From positions 186,001-250,000 of the forward strand of contig NW_026250425.1 in NCBI RefSeq assembly GCF_024521635.1: DNA of 64,000 bases. Direction: 5' to 3'. The stretch is from Tricharina praecox (Eukaryota). Position numbers and translations under genes: made by a program. Below are positions 1 through 10,648 of the stretch, one piece after another. Below the pieces are notes generated by a model. That model did no database searches, had not been told where the DNA came from, and worked only from the letters and a program-made list of their open reading frames with translations. Every line of letters begins with the position of its first letter. The stretch's first letter is position 1.

Positions 1-8
1 AGACACCT

Positions 9-1355
9 GTGTCTCACGCTGCTCCCGCTCGGGGTGCAGCAAACACCAATAAATCTGCTGCTACTCCGACTGATAACTGGGGTCCTCATGGTTGTTCTCC
101 CCCTTCCTCCCCCCTCCATCGCAATCCGCATCTAACCAACCGTTTCCCAGGCCCTCCCCGCGAGCGTAGGCTGCAGATCAACAACGACCCCCCCACGCCC
201 GTATTCCAGCCGGGAGGGAACAAGCCACCTCTCGTGACGCACACGCTGATAATCCACCCTCTTCCTTTGGACCTTCGCATCCGCGACCTGATCCACTCGC
301 TGACGGCACCCGGCGGTTTGCGGCAAGTGCACTTCGCGCCGCTCCGCCCGCCGCCCGAGCGCCGCTCCTCCAACCCCGAGGTCCAGGCTGCCGTGATCAC
401 CTTCTGCGACGCCGAGGGCGCCAAGGAGTTCAAGAAGTACGCTGACCAGCATGGCTTCTTCCTCTCCCTGCGCGCGCCGCACGGAAACCGCCTGCTCGAC
501 AGCGACGAGTTCTCCGGCGAGACACCGTGCGGAATCCTCCAGAGTACGCCTGATAATAAGGGGGTTAAGCGGGTCTACCTGGTCAAGAAGCATCTTCCGC
601 TGGTGACGGTGCGGTTCTGGGGCCGCGACGTGGAGGGCAAGAAGCTCACCGAGGGCGCCGGGATCTACAGGGAGGTCGAGGCTCAGCTGCTCAAGTGGTT
701 CCTGCTGGATGATACTTGGTTCTGCGATATCGAGAACGAGATCCTGAAGGGCGCCTCGAGACAGCTCAAAGTTCTGTGCTCGCTCGACGTCGTCCTGAGG
801 GAGCTGGAGCACCTGCGTTTCTCGCCCTACGAGGGAACCGGTGGTGGCACCGTGAGTACCCCTTCCCCCCTCCTCCCCTCACTCCACATCCTAACCCGCC
901 CCACCACCCAGTCCTTCGAATTCGTCAACCACGCCAACACGGGACCTGGCCGCAACACGAAGTCATCGAAGCCCGGCACTCTCGGCAACAGCAACACCAA
1001 CACCTCGGTAACTCTGCGGTTCTTTTCGATCCGCGAGTGCGTGATGGCGAAGCGCTACTTCGACCTCCGCCGCGGCTTCGAGGGCAAGGCGTTTTTCGTC
1101 CGTGATTATGCCGACCGCGAGATCAAGCATTTGCAGTGGGATCAGTATGCTAGGGTCGGCGAGAACGGCAGGGATAAGCGTAAGCGGTTAAGGAGTGACT
1201 TTGGTCTGGGTGAGGCGGATGGCGGGGAGGAAGCCGCTGGTGGGGATGCGGGTGGTGACGCTGCGGGTGGAAATGCGGGTGACACTGCTGGTGAGGCTGC
1301 TTGGGACGCTGCTGGTGACACGGCTGGCGAAGCTGCTGCTGATGACGGCTGGTGA
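9..1355 (+). CDS. RRM-like putative RNA-binding protein (Nrd1-like two-RRM fungal family); probably 5'-incomplete
   Basis: 448-codon ORF with no ATG at its start, so it likely begins upstream of the window. Segments TLIIHPLP..DLI, AAVITFCDAEGAKEF, KGASRQL and VTLRFFSIRECVMAK resemble degenerate RRM elements. Low-complexity Gly/Ala/Asp tail. Confidence 0.5.
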   Translation: MSHAAPARGAANTNKSAATPTDNWGPHGCSPPSSPLHRNPHLTNRFPGPPRERRLQINNDPPTPVFQPGGNKPPLVTHTLIIHPLPLDLRIRDLIHSLTAPGGLRQVHFAPLRPPPERRSSNPEVQAAVITFCDAEGAKEFKKYADQHGFFLSLRAPHGNRLLDSDEFSGETPCGILQSTPDNKGVKRVYLVKKHLPLVTVRFWGRDVEGKKLTEGAGIYREVEAQLLKWFLLDDTWFCDIENEILKGASRQLKVLCSLDVVLRELEHLRFSPYEGTGGGTVSTPSPLLPSLHILTRPTTQSFEFVNHANTGPGRNTKSSKPGTLGNSNTNTSVTLRFFSIRECVMAKRYFDLRRGFEGKAFFVRDYADREIKHLQWDQYARVGENGRDKRKRLRSDFGLGEADGGEEAAGGDAGGDAAGGNAGDTAGEAAWDAAGDTAGEAAADDGW

Positions 1356-1895
1356 TGCTTAGGCGTTACATACCTCTCCCCCGTTTGATCTTCTAGTTCT
1401 TTCTGGATAACGCGAATTAACGACTCTCCTCTTCCGCACTGGTTTTTTTTCTTCTTCTTTTGTTTTGTTTGAGCACCTTCGCATCCGGCTGGAGTAGGTA
1501 TGTGGCATCGTGCTCAATGTAAGGTAGGTAGTACGTAGTATTCGGTCTCGTCCATGGCTGTGAGAATCGTGAAGAACCGAAAAGTAAACGTTGGAGTTGT
1601 CATCCATGGCGGTAAACGCGCTGAACTATTAGGTTTAGGACATCTATGTATTACCAGCGTGTGTTTTGGCCATGGGGGGTCCGTACGACTACACATCTTC
1701 CCTGTGGGGGCTATAGTAGTTCGTCATGGCCAGCCGGGCATGCCAGGGGGCCGGACAACAACGGACGTCACAGAATATCTTTGTTCGTGAGCTGTCGTTG
1801 GTAGGTATCTCATCGGCATTGCGTACTCTCTACATACATCTCTGCTCCACTGGTAACTACAAGATATATAGGTAACATTCCCTACTCTCACCTGC

Positions 1896-2574
1896 TCACG
1901 CAGGCCCAGCCTCGCCCTTAACGACGACATGCCACATCGACACGGCAGCCACATCCTTCCCCTGATATACAGCCAGGAGCTTTTCCGTCAACTCAGGCGT
2001 CTGACTGCTCCTCCAGTCATCATGCGCCTGCACCGAGTCCCAGCCAACCAGGGAGACGATAGCGCGCTCATTCTCGATGACGGTAGCGGAGTCGATTCCT
2101 TTGAAGCCGGGAACGCCGTGCAGCGCGTCCTTGAGCGCGCCGGCGCGCGCAACGTGCGAGCCGTGGTCCGCGTCTGCCGTCAATGTCACTGTGATCCATT
2201 CCACCACTGCGGCAGGCGGAACGGTGACCGTGGAGTGGATCAGAGCCGGTGTCGCGAAGGTCGTGAGGAGGGTTACGAATGGCCCGTACGCGGGCGAGGC
2301 GATCAGCGCCTCGTGGTGCGCGAGGGACTCCCAGCCTGTGTGTGCGCTGTCAGCGCTGATCAAGCCTGAGGTCGCGCCCCAGAGGAAACGTACGGATCAA
2401 CCAGTGCAGAACCGTTGGGTCCTCAGCCTGGAACCCCCACGTGATGTGCTGGAACCCCGGCGCCTTGCGGAGGGTGTTGTTGATTGGCGCGGCCTGCTTT
2501 GCGAGCGCTTCCTCTTGCGAGACGGTGATGCGCAGGGTTACGAGCTCGAGGACGGGGGCGGGTGCGGTGGCCAT
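1896..2574 (-). CDS. Dimeric alpha-beta barrel / antibiotic biosynthesis monooxygenase (ABM)-like protein, 2 exons
   Basis: ATG 2574 (MATAPAPVLELVTL). Intron 2393-2336 (GTACGT..CTGAC..CAG) joins in frame to LIRWESLAHHEAL. Second repeat has LVGWDSVQAHDDW. The two W-x-S-x-x-x-H motifs are typical of fungal ABM-domain proteins. Confidence 0.8.
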
Positions 2575-3298
2575 CTTGATGTCGGTGGTGGTGGTGTTTT
2601 CTAAAGGTTGAGAGGTGAGGGGAGTTCGTTTGCACGGTGCGGGGGGTGTGGAGATGCGGAAATACGGGTTTATGTAGGTATGCACGACGATGGGCTTTCG
2701 GAAGGCCCGACAGCCATATATGACGCTGCCCCGCTGTCCCCGCGCCGGGTGCGCCGGTGGTGCGCTATGTTAGCTGGATATGCCGGCCGAATGATGGTGC
2801 CTTGGCAGCGGATTTAGAGGAGTTGCGAGGGTCGGATGGCATTGGTTCTTTGGTGATGGTCGTCAGCGGAAACAGGACAGGACGGGATGATGTTTGTTGT
2901 TTGGAGGTGGTGGCCAGTGGAAACAGGACGGGAATAGGACACTCGGACGTGTAAAACAGTACATCTGATCTCGCGATACGAGATCGTCAAATCCTCCAGC
3001 AGACAAGCTTTTTGAAGCGCCGTTTTTAGTGGTGGATCCCCAGGTTGCAAATCAAGTTAACGGCATGGATAGTCTTCTATACAGCGATATGGCTTATCGA
3101 TATCGTCATATGTAACTTTCCGTTTCCTTGACGTTGCCATTCGCCAAAGAATTCCCCGCGCCTAAGCAGTGTAGGTAATGGCATTACTCAGGACACATTT
3201 GTAAGCCCCCATTGAACCCCCGGCTCCACCTCGGCCATTCGAACCCCACCACCTCCACCACCATCCGGTAGCCCAATACGGTACTCTCCTCCAGACGC

Positions 3299-5161
3299 TT
3301 ATTCGCTATCCGAATCGCTGTCTCCAACCTGTGCCACCCATCCACATTCAGACGCCGAATCATCGCTCTCGGTGCACGAAAGTACTTTAGCATCCTGCCG
3401 GCGGCTGGCGTGTGTTGAACTAACTCGCAGGCGTTGCTGGCTGCCGGAAGATTGGGAAGCAAAGGGCAACTGAGACGCACGGGGATCTGGAGAGATGGAG
3501 AGAGAGGAAGGGGGCCGGGTGGAGGTTGGGGTGTGAATAACGACTCCATTGTTGCCGTTATTGTCATCTCTATAGCCCGATTCATCATCGAAATCCGACA
3601 GGCTGTCTTCACTCCGGGACGTCTCATTATCATTGTCTTCTACAGCGTGTCCGCGCGAACCACCAGCTAGCATCGACGTCGAATTGGTCGCATTGACAAT
3701 TCTGTCGATAATCTCCTGCGCCCCGCTGCCCGCGCACACCCCGCTCTCAAGGTGCTGCGCCCACGCCGACAACGTCGGAAACGTCTTTTGGCAGGAGGGA
3801 CACTGGAAGACGTCGCGGACGATCTTGTGGACGACCGCCATGTGCTGCTCGTACGCATCTTTGGTCCGGAACTGCCCCTCGCACTCGTCGCAGAAGTTGC
3901 GGACAACCACAGCGGCCGGGGCGTCGATTTCCTCCGGGTCCACACACGTATGCTCCCGCAATGCGCGGCCGGTTGCAAACTCGGCATCGCAGATGGTGCA
4001 GCGGAACTCGTGAGCATGGAGGGCGGAGGTGGCAAGATGCCGCAGCAGTGCCTCCTTGCTGACGAAGGTGCATGAGCACGGCTCGCAAGACGGATGTTCG
4101 CTGCGCAAGTGGCGCTCCAGTCCGTCCGTGTCGCTTCTGAACAGTTCATCACAGAGATGGCACTTCTCCGTGTGCCGCGCTGAGTTCAGGTGGATTTGCA
4201 GCGATGCGGGGCTCACGAATGTGCGATTACACGGCTTGCAAGAGGGATGTGCCACGCGCATGTGCCGCTTTAGGCCCTTGGTGCCGATGGTGAACGATTC
4301 GTCGCAGATCCCGCACCGCTCCGTGTGGCATGAGGAGTCTAGATGCCGCTGTAGCGTCTCGTGGTCGACGAAAGCGCGAGAGCACGGCTCGCATGATGGA
4401 TGGGCGCTTTGCATGTGCCGCTCCAGCTCGTTAGTGCCAACGGTGAACGATTCGTCGCAGAAGGCGCATCCACTCTTGTGTTGCGGAGGGCTTAAATGGG
4501 GTTGTAGTGATAACTGGCTGAAGAATGTGCGACTGGACGGCGTGTAAGAAACATGTGCCATCCGCATGTGCTGCTCCAGCGCTTTCGAGCTGGGAGGAAA
4601 CAGTTGTTCGCAGTGCACACACTTCTCCATGTGCCGCGGAGAGTTCTGATGGCTCAGTAGTGCCTTAGCGCTGACGAAGGTGCGATTGCACGGCTTGCAG
4701 GAGGGATGCTGCCGCTGCACGTGCTGCTCCAGCGCTTTCGAGCTGGGAGGAAACAGTTGTTCGCAGTGCACACACTTCTCCATGTGCCGCGGAGAGTTCT
4801 GATGGCTCAGTAGTGCCTTAGCGCTGACGAAGGTGCGATTGCACGGCTTGCAGGAGGGATGCTGCCGCTGCACGTGCTGCTCCAGCGCTTTCGAGCTGGG
4901 AGGAAACAGTTGTTCGCAAAAGTCACACTTCGCCATGTGCCGCGGAGAGTTCAAGTGCACTTGTCGCGCTTCGGCATCGCTGAAGGTACGATCGCACAGG
5001 TGGCAGGACAGGCGTCGCGGGGAGGCTATGACGAGTTGTCTAGAGCTGACCGTGATGTTTTTGTTGCGGGCCTTGGAGCTGCGGTGGTTTGTCGTATTGG
5101 CGTGGTCTTCCAGCGCGGAGGCGGTGCTGAAGAGTCGGGTGCAGACCCCACATTGAACCAT
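3299..5161 (-). CDS. Multi-C2H2 zinc finger protein (~17 fingers) with internal 51-aa di-finger tandem array; C-terminus frameshifted relative to its paralog
   Basis: 620-aa ORF with repeated C-x2-C-x3-F-x8/9-H-x4/5-H motifs and the motif FPTLSAWAQHLESGVC; aligns by eye with 7027-8124. Confidence 0.9.
   Translation of the reverse strand: MVQCGVCTRLFSTASALEDHANTTNHRSSKARNKNITVSSRQLVIASPRRLSCHLCDRTFSDAEARQVHLNSPRHMAKCDFCEQLFPPSSKALEQHVQRQHPSCKPCNRTFVSAKALLSHQNSPRHMEKCVHCEQLFPPSSKALEQHVQRQHPSCKPCNRTFVSAKALLSHQNSPRHMEKCVHCEQLFPPSSKALEQHMRMAHVSYTPSSRTFFSQLSLQPHLSPPQHKSGCAFCDESFTVGTNELERHMQSAHPSCEPCSRAFVDHETLQRHLDSSCHTERCGICDESFTIGTKGLKRHMRVAHPSCKPCNRTFVSPASLQIHLNSARHTEKCHLCDELFRSDTDGLERHLRSEHPSCEPCSCTFVSKEALLRHLATSALHAHEFRCTICDAEFATGRALREHTCVDPEEIDAPAAVVVRNFCDECEGQFRTKDAYEQHMAVVHKIVRDVFQCPSCQKTFPTLSAWAQHLESGVCAGSGAQEIIDRIVNATNSTSMLAGGSRGHAVEDNDNETSRSEDSLSDFDDESGYRDDNNGNNGVVIHTPTSTRPPSSLSISPDPRASQLPFASQSSGSQQRLRVSSTHASRRQDAKVLSCTESDDSASECGWVAQVGDSDSDSE
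4090..5005 (-). repeat. 153-bp coding tandem repeat (about 6 units; two identical copies plus a partial third at 4568-4918)
   Basis: GTGCTGCTCCAGCGCTTTCGAGCTGGGAGG recurs at 4568, 4721 and 4874 (period 153). Diverged units keep the same 51-aa period. Confidence 0.92.
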
Positions 5162-6007
5162 AGTAAATGCGAATACAGATATAGCTTTCGATCTGATATG
5201 GAGGAGTAGGGTATAAGATGCAAGCAGCAGTAGCAGCAGCAGTTTGTGGAGGAGGAGGAGGGGAAGCTGTCCGCAGGTTTATATGGAACCGGGAGCGACA
5301 GCAGCGGGGTTTACAGTGTACAAGACATTGGAGGGCAACCGTGCACAGCCCGTCGTCACGTTACAAGACATGCGGCGGACCGTGTGGCGGCGGGATCTAA
5401 CGAGATGCGTGGTCGGTGCTGCGTGCAGATATGTTATCTACCATGTAAATACCGGTGTATACATATCAGGAATGTCTCTCCGTGAAACTGCGCGGACGGC
5501 TAGGTGAATTCTCCAAGGACTTTGCGGTCAGACTGGGATCGGAGAAATGTTCGAGCTGGAGACGCAAGCGTGTACATAACTACAATCGGTGAGAGAAGTT
5601 CCGGTGGTATTGCTTCGCCCATGTGCGCTGGCTATGGGACCGAGGACTCGAGAAACTGGGGCTCCGTTCTTCACCGGAGATGATATTGCATTGCTATTTA
5701 CCCACTTGGGTGCGTATTCGGGCACTGCACACGCCTATTTGCTGGTACCTTGGCCGGCGATTGGAGGATGTGAGAGTCGGGCACGTTCGTTCGTTCAGGC
5801 GGGGCTCCCACAGCCTTGAACGATCAGCGGGGCTATGCTACTGTAGGTAAAGTACCGGTAGCTATCGATAGTTCGCCAACCTAATCTGATCCGCAGATCA
5901 TCCTGGCGGGTATGTAGATCGGCCATTGGCCGCAGACGCGCTCCCCTCCGCCTTCCGCTGAATGGTTTCCATGCATCTCTCTCGAGGCGAACAAGGCATC
6001 ATCACTA

Positions 6008-6144
6008 CTCACACGGCCGGAAAGAATAATCTTCCCCGTTAGGTCTGTGGCTGCGATTGGCTCAACCGTAGTGATTGCTCATCCTCAGCTACAGATCTAA
6101 TCTCAGATAAGCAGGGAGGGGTTAAAACTTTCCGGCCGTGTGAG
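6008..6144. mobile_element. 137-bp MITE with TA target-site duplication (Tc1/mariner-type)
   Basis: CTACTCACACGGCCGGAAAG (6005-6024) is the exact reverse complement of CTTTCCGGCCGTGTGAGTAG (6128-6147). This reads as a 17-bp TIR with TA at 6006-6007 and 6145-6146. Confidence 0.65.
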
Positions 6145-6203
6145 TAGGGCTGGCCAAACTAGTGAAGAAAAATTTCGTCGACGGAGAGCCGCATTCCAAC
6201 TCT

Positions 6204-6210
6204 TATAAAA
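6204..6210 (+). promoter_or_regulatory. TATA box of the U3 snoRNA gene
   Basis: TATAAAA about 30-35 nt upstream of the inferred U3 5' end. Confidence 0.6.
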
Positions 6211-6240
6211 GAGGCCCTCCCCTCCTTCCATCGAAAATTA

Positions 6241-6541
6241 TGCGATTTTACTTCATAGTGAGTTACCCCCTACTATCAACTCTACGGTCGAGATCTATCG
6301 AACACATCACTAATACACTGTCTTAGGGATCATTTCTATAGTAAATCGTCTCATCTGAACTCTTAACAAGAGCCACAGAATCTCCAACCTGGACGATGAT
6401 CGATATCCTCGTTGCCCCAGAGTGAAGCCTGTTTTTGCCGGTCCTTCGGGATGGGTGGGTGATGATCTCGACCTAAGTTTTCGTATACTTCTCGTATGAG
6501 CGGTGGGAATGAGGGTGGGCGACGATGGAGGTCTGACAGGC
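6241..6541 (+). ncRNA. U3: U3 small nucleolar RNA with a 69-nt spliceosomal intron (6258-6326)
   Basis: Removing GTGAGT...ACTAAT...TTAG gives TACTTCATAGGATCATTTCTATAG, the conserved fungal U3 box A'/A. It is followed by AAGAGCCAC, box C' (GATGA ~6395), box B (AGAGTGA ~6419), box C (TGATGA 6460), box D (CTGA 6533-6536), a terminal CCTG/CAGG stem and a T-rich trailer. Confidence 0.92.
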
Positions 6542-7026
6542 TGTTGTCTTCTTTTTTCTTTTCATTTACTACTAGGCCGCATAGCATGGCGTAGAGGAAA
6601 ATTGATTTCGACCCCGTTTCGGTTTTTTTGGGCTCGTTCGTGCGTGGAAATTTTGGCTGCATCGATTGAGGCGTACGGGTTCCACTGTTCCAATCTGAAT
6701 TGGCAGAGGACGTTGATTGACCGAGAAGAACCGACTCACGTTCAATATCACTTTGAAGTTTGGAGGTGCATCTAGAGCAGAAGACCTGCAGAAATCAAGT
6801 GGAGAACATGGAGTCTTCTGATACAGCTACGGTATCGATATCGTCATATCTTTCGGTTCCTCGACGTCGTCAGCGCCCGAGTAACGTAGATACACTATGA
6901 TGTACCGTACCAAAGTACTTACATAAGATGAACCTACCCACTCTAGTGTCCAAACAAGCTTTGTGTGTAGCTAACCCCGCCATTGAACCCCGCCGCACCC
7001 CGGCCATCCAGCCCTACATACAGCGA

Positions 7027-8124
7027 CTACCACTTTTTCGACCGAACGGCACCCTTCAACAGCCTAACCTCATCGAGTCCAATACTCTTCTTCAGGCTCT
7101 TATTCAGCATCTGGACGACAGCGTTCAACGTCTTCCACCCACCACGACACGCCTCTGCTTCGAGATGCTGAATGACCGCGCTCGCGGCCCGGAAGCTCTT
7201 CTCTGGCCGCCCGCCACCAAACGCCGTCGGGCAGTGGTAGATCCGCGGTGCGTGCGCTACGGCAGATGCCATGTGCTGCTCCAATGCGCGCGCATTGATG
7301 AAGGCCGGTCGGTCGGGACACAGGCGGCAGTCGAGGCGGGTGGGGAGCGTGAGCGAGAGAGAGGAGCACGGCCGGCTGGAGGAGGTCGGCGTGAAGATGA
7401 CGACTCCGTTGTCGTCGGAGTCGCTGTCGTCTTCGGTGCCCCATTCATCATCAATATCCGACTCGACGTCTTCATTTCTAGACGCCTCATTGTAATCTTC
7501 ACTTCCACTCTCCTCGTCCTCGTCCTCGTCCTCGTCATCTTCATCTTCTTCTTCAACATGCCCACCCGTCACAGCCACCAGTACCCCGATTGGATCCGCC
7601 GCCATCATAGCCCTATCCACAAACCTCTTCGTCGCGCCGCCCGCACACCCCCCACTCTCGAGGTGATGTACGAACGCCGACAACGCGACAAACGTCCTCT
7701 GGCACGAGGGACACGACAGGTCTTCACAGACGGGCTTGTGGACTACCGACGCCATGTGCTGCTCGTACGCCTCTTCGGTACGGAACTGCCGCTCGCACGT
7801 GGTGCAGAAGTTATTGTGGTGGACGACCTCTGTAGCAGCGGTGGGGACGGCGGCGGGGGTGCGGACGCGAACGGCGGTCCCCCCCGGCGGCGCTACACAC
7901 TGATGCCACAGCAACGCAGGCTCGCAAGCAAACTCTCCGTTGCAGACGGTACATCGAAACTCCTGGACGTGGCGACTGGAGTTCTCTCGATGCTGGCGCA
8001 ACGCATGCTCGCTGCCGAAGTACCGATCGCACGGGTCGCAGTAGTTGTGAAGCTTTGCTTTGGAGTGCTGAGACAGCGCGTAGGCGGTTTCGAAGTACCG
8101 GAAGCACACGTCGCATTTAAGCAT
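7027..8124 (-). CDS. Multi-C2H2 zinc finger protein (~7 fingers) with acidic tract; paralog of 3299-5161
   Basis: 365-aa ORF. NFCTTCERQFRTEEAYEQHMASVVH and CPSCQRTFVALSAFVHHLESGGC closely match motifs in the upstream paralog. Confidence 0.9.
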   Translation of the reverse strand: MLKCDVCFRYFETAYALSQHSKAKLHNYCDPCDRYFGSEHALRQHRENSSRHVQEFRCTVCNGEFACEPALLWHQCVAPPGGTAVRVRTPAAVPTAATEVVHHNNFCTTCERQFRTEEAYEQHMASVVHKPVCEDLSCPSCQRTFVALSAFVHHLESGGCAGGATKRFVDRAMMAADPIGVLVAVTGGHVEEEDEDDEDEDEDEESGSEDYNEASRNEDVESDIDDEWGTEDDSDSDDNGVVIFTPTSSSRPCSSLSLTLPTRLDCRLCPDRPAFINARALEQHMASAVAHAPRIYHCPTAFGGGRPEKSFRAASAVIQHLEAEACRGGWKTLNAVVQMLNKSLKKSIGLDEVRLLKGAVRSKKW

Positions 8125-10648
8125 GATGAATGTAGATGTGAATAGGAATGTGGGGAGATGGGATGGGAAAAGCAGCAGCGGGGAGGAGGGGAGCGAGTGG
8201 ATTTATATCAAGCCTGCAGCGGTGTTAACGGTGCCAGCGGGGCCAGCGGGGCATCCCAGCGTCGAGCACAGTCGATCACAGTCCGCGTTGCGTTACAGCA
8301 CGTGTGGATTCCCGTCGTGCTGGCGGGAACTAACGAGATCTGGTGGCCGGTTGGGCCAGGAATGTTCTCGATAATGCGGTGCGGCTGTGGCTACATATGT
8401 GACTATCGGCCGGACTGTGCATCCAGTCACCAGTGTCCGCTGTCAAGGGGAGCGGCGCTAATAAGGCATCTCCAACGTATGCACTCTACTGGGGGGCTGA
8501 ATGGATATATGATTGTGGGGGTGGTGAATTCTGCAATGTGTGATATAGAGTTCAATGTAGGTATGTGCTGTGCTCTGATCTAGGTAGTTGGCATGGTGGT
8601 TATATCTGAAAGCGAACAGTGGTTACCTCTGTATTGGCGTTATCTACCCAGCTACCATATGCGCCTCTCCGGCCGCCACCATACATACACCAACTCCCCG
8701 AGTCATTGCCAGCTGAGCTGGAAGTGATCACTGACCGGTTAAGAGTGATGCATTTGCACCAAGTGGATCGATCCCTTGGCCGAGTGACAACTTTCTCGAC
8801 CGGCGGTTTGCGATTTGCGAACGGGAGAAGGAATGTACCGCCACCATCCACGGGCCATTGCCGCAGTCTGCAGTCCCTTCGCCGCCGAAGCGAAGCGGGC
8901 TTGTGGGGTCTGGGGTGGTGATAAAGGCACGGACACCCGCTGGGGTTTCTGATCATGGTGCCTGCGCTTTGCCGTTCCACGGCGTCTATTCGGCCTGGGG
9001 CGCAATGGTAATATTCTAAGACGTTTCGACGGACACCCACCATAACGCACTGTCCGAGTAGAAAGGGGTTTTCTCTAGAGAATTGACGATATGGTACCCT
9101 TAAGGACGGGGGACCGCTTGACTGGTGATTCTTTATGATTTTACATCGCCACCTTTGAAGCTGAGTGTCCATTCCAAGGGACGATATCTCTTTCCTGAGA
9201 CCTACTGGGTTTTTGGAGCCCCGCGACACAATATCCATCTTGAACGAGTGTGCTGAGTAGTGGCATAGGAGGGCCGTTGGCCGCCCGAGGAGTGTCCACA
9301 AGAAGTGTGGTTGTGTTTCTGGTTGTGAAGGAGGATACGGTAGAGAGTGGAAATGGATGCGGAGGATCGAGTTCCGTCACTCCGTAGTTGACCATCTCCT
9401 GGAAAGGACAAAACGAGGCAGAGAGGATCAGAAAGGAGGTTGGTATTCTAGTCATGGATTTGCTGCAGAAAGCCAGCTACCAAAGTGTTGTAATCTGGGG
9501 CCTGGACTGGTGATATCAGTCGCCAGCTCCTGGGATATACCGGTATTTTTTGTTTGAGTCTCCGCATACGGTATGCAAGTAGGTATCGCCACGAGAACGT
9601 CGGAAAGATCGTGGGAATGCATTACATTTTGCTTGCCAGCGTCCGCGAATAGCACCACGTGGACACTGGATGCCCATTGCCCATATTTGCCTCCGAGCGC
9701 CGTCACCGGTCACCAATTAAAGATGCGCAAGCTCGAGCCATCCCCATCGGCCGGCCAGCGGTCGACTCGAGCCCGTAGAGATCCCTTCCTCCCCACCCGC
9801 TCCATTCCGCATTCCCTCTCCATCGGTCTTCTCGAAGCAGAAGCCCCCCAGACACACATACATAAGGCAGTCATGATCCGTCGATCGGACGCGGAGCTCA
9901 TCGACCGCGACGGCTTAAGTCGCTCACAATTTGTACGTGCGTAATGCTTCGACCGGCCATATGCGGGCGGAAGCGTGGTCTTGGTCGTGGCCGTTCGGAT
10001 TTTCCTCGAACTCTGGGGTGCATTTCTGGCTGTACGGTACGTTCGCTTGAAGATGCCTTTGGAGTAACAGAAGCGGGGGACGGTTGGCGGATCATGTGGG
10101 AGGGCATCTGCACAGATGCGCGATGATTGGATTCTTCTTCTTCAACAAGTAGATACTTCTTCTTCTAGCCGGCCCTTGCACATCATGCACGCTGATCCGA
10201 TGCCGTAGATATGCGGGCGGTGTTTTTTCTTTTTTTCTCTTCTGACAACGTTCTTCTGCAGCTTGCGGGTTCCTCTACGAACAGGTTCCGGGATCGAGGA
10301 TGATAAATAGATGGAGACATGCGTGCGGGACGGGAGCTACTCTACGGTATCTGCCCTGACGAAAGACACATTTTTTTCCTTTCCCGAATCAAAGAGGAGT
10401 CACACGACAAGAACTATAAACCATATGCCCCTTCTGTTGTTGGCCGCTAACTCAGCTAAGATCGGCCATCGCAAAGTCGCAGCTCCAGCTTCAGCTCCAG
10501 CTTGACAGCTCGACTGCTACCCCTCGCACTCAATTGATTTTAGGTCTCAAGTCCCCATCCACCTCCGGCCCGCGTATCTTAGCGAACGGACAGCGGACGA
10601 AAGCACGACACCGGACTCCCGCGATCGTCTCATCTACCTAACCCCACC

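Noticed and set aside
6928..8145. 405-aa plus-strand ORF (and similar long antisense ORFs at 15517, 27431, 27513, 30243)
   Set aside because: Antisense shadows of GC-rich genes on the other strand; no motifs of their own.
8600..9301. 233-codon ORF; likewise 45477-46166 and 53571-54688
   Set aside because: No recognisable motifs or codon bias; the last is derived from simple repeats.
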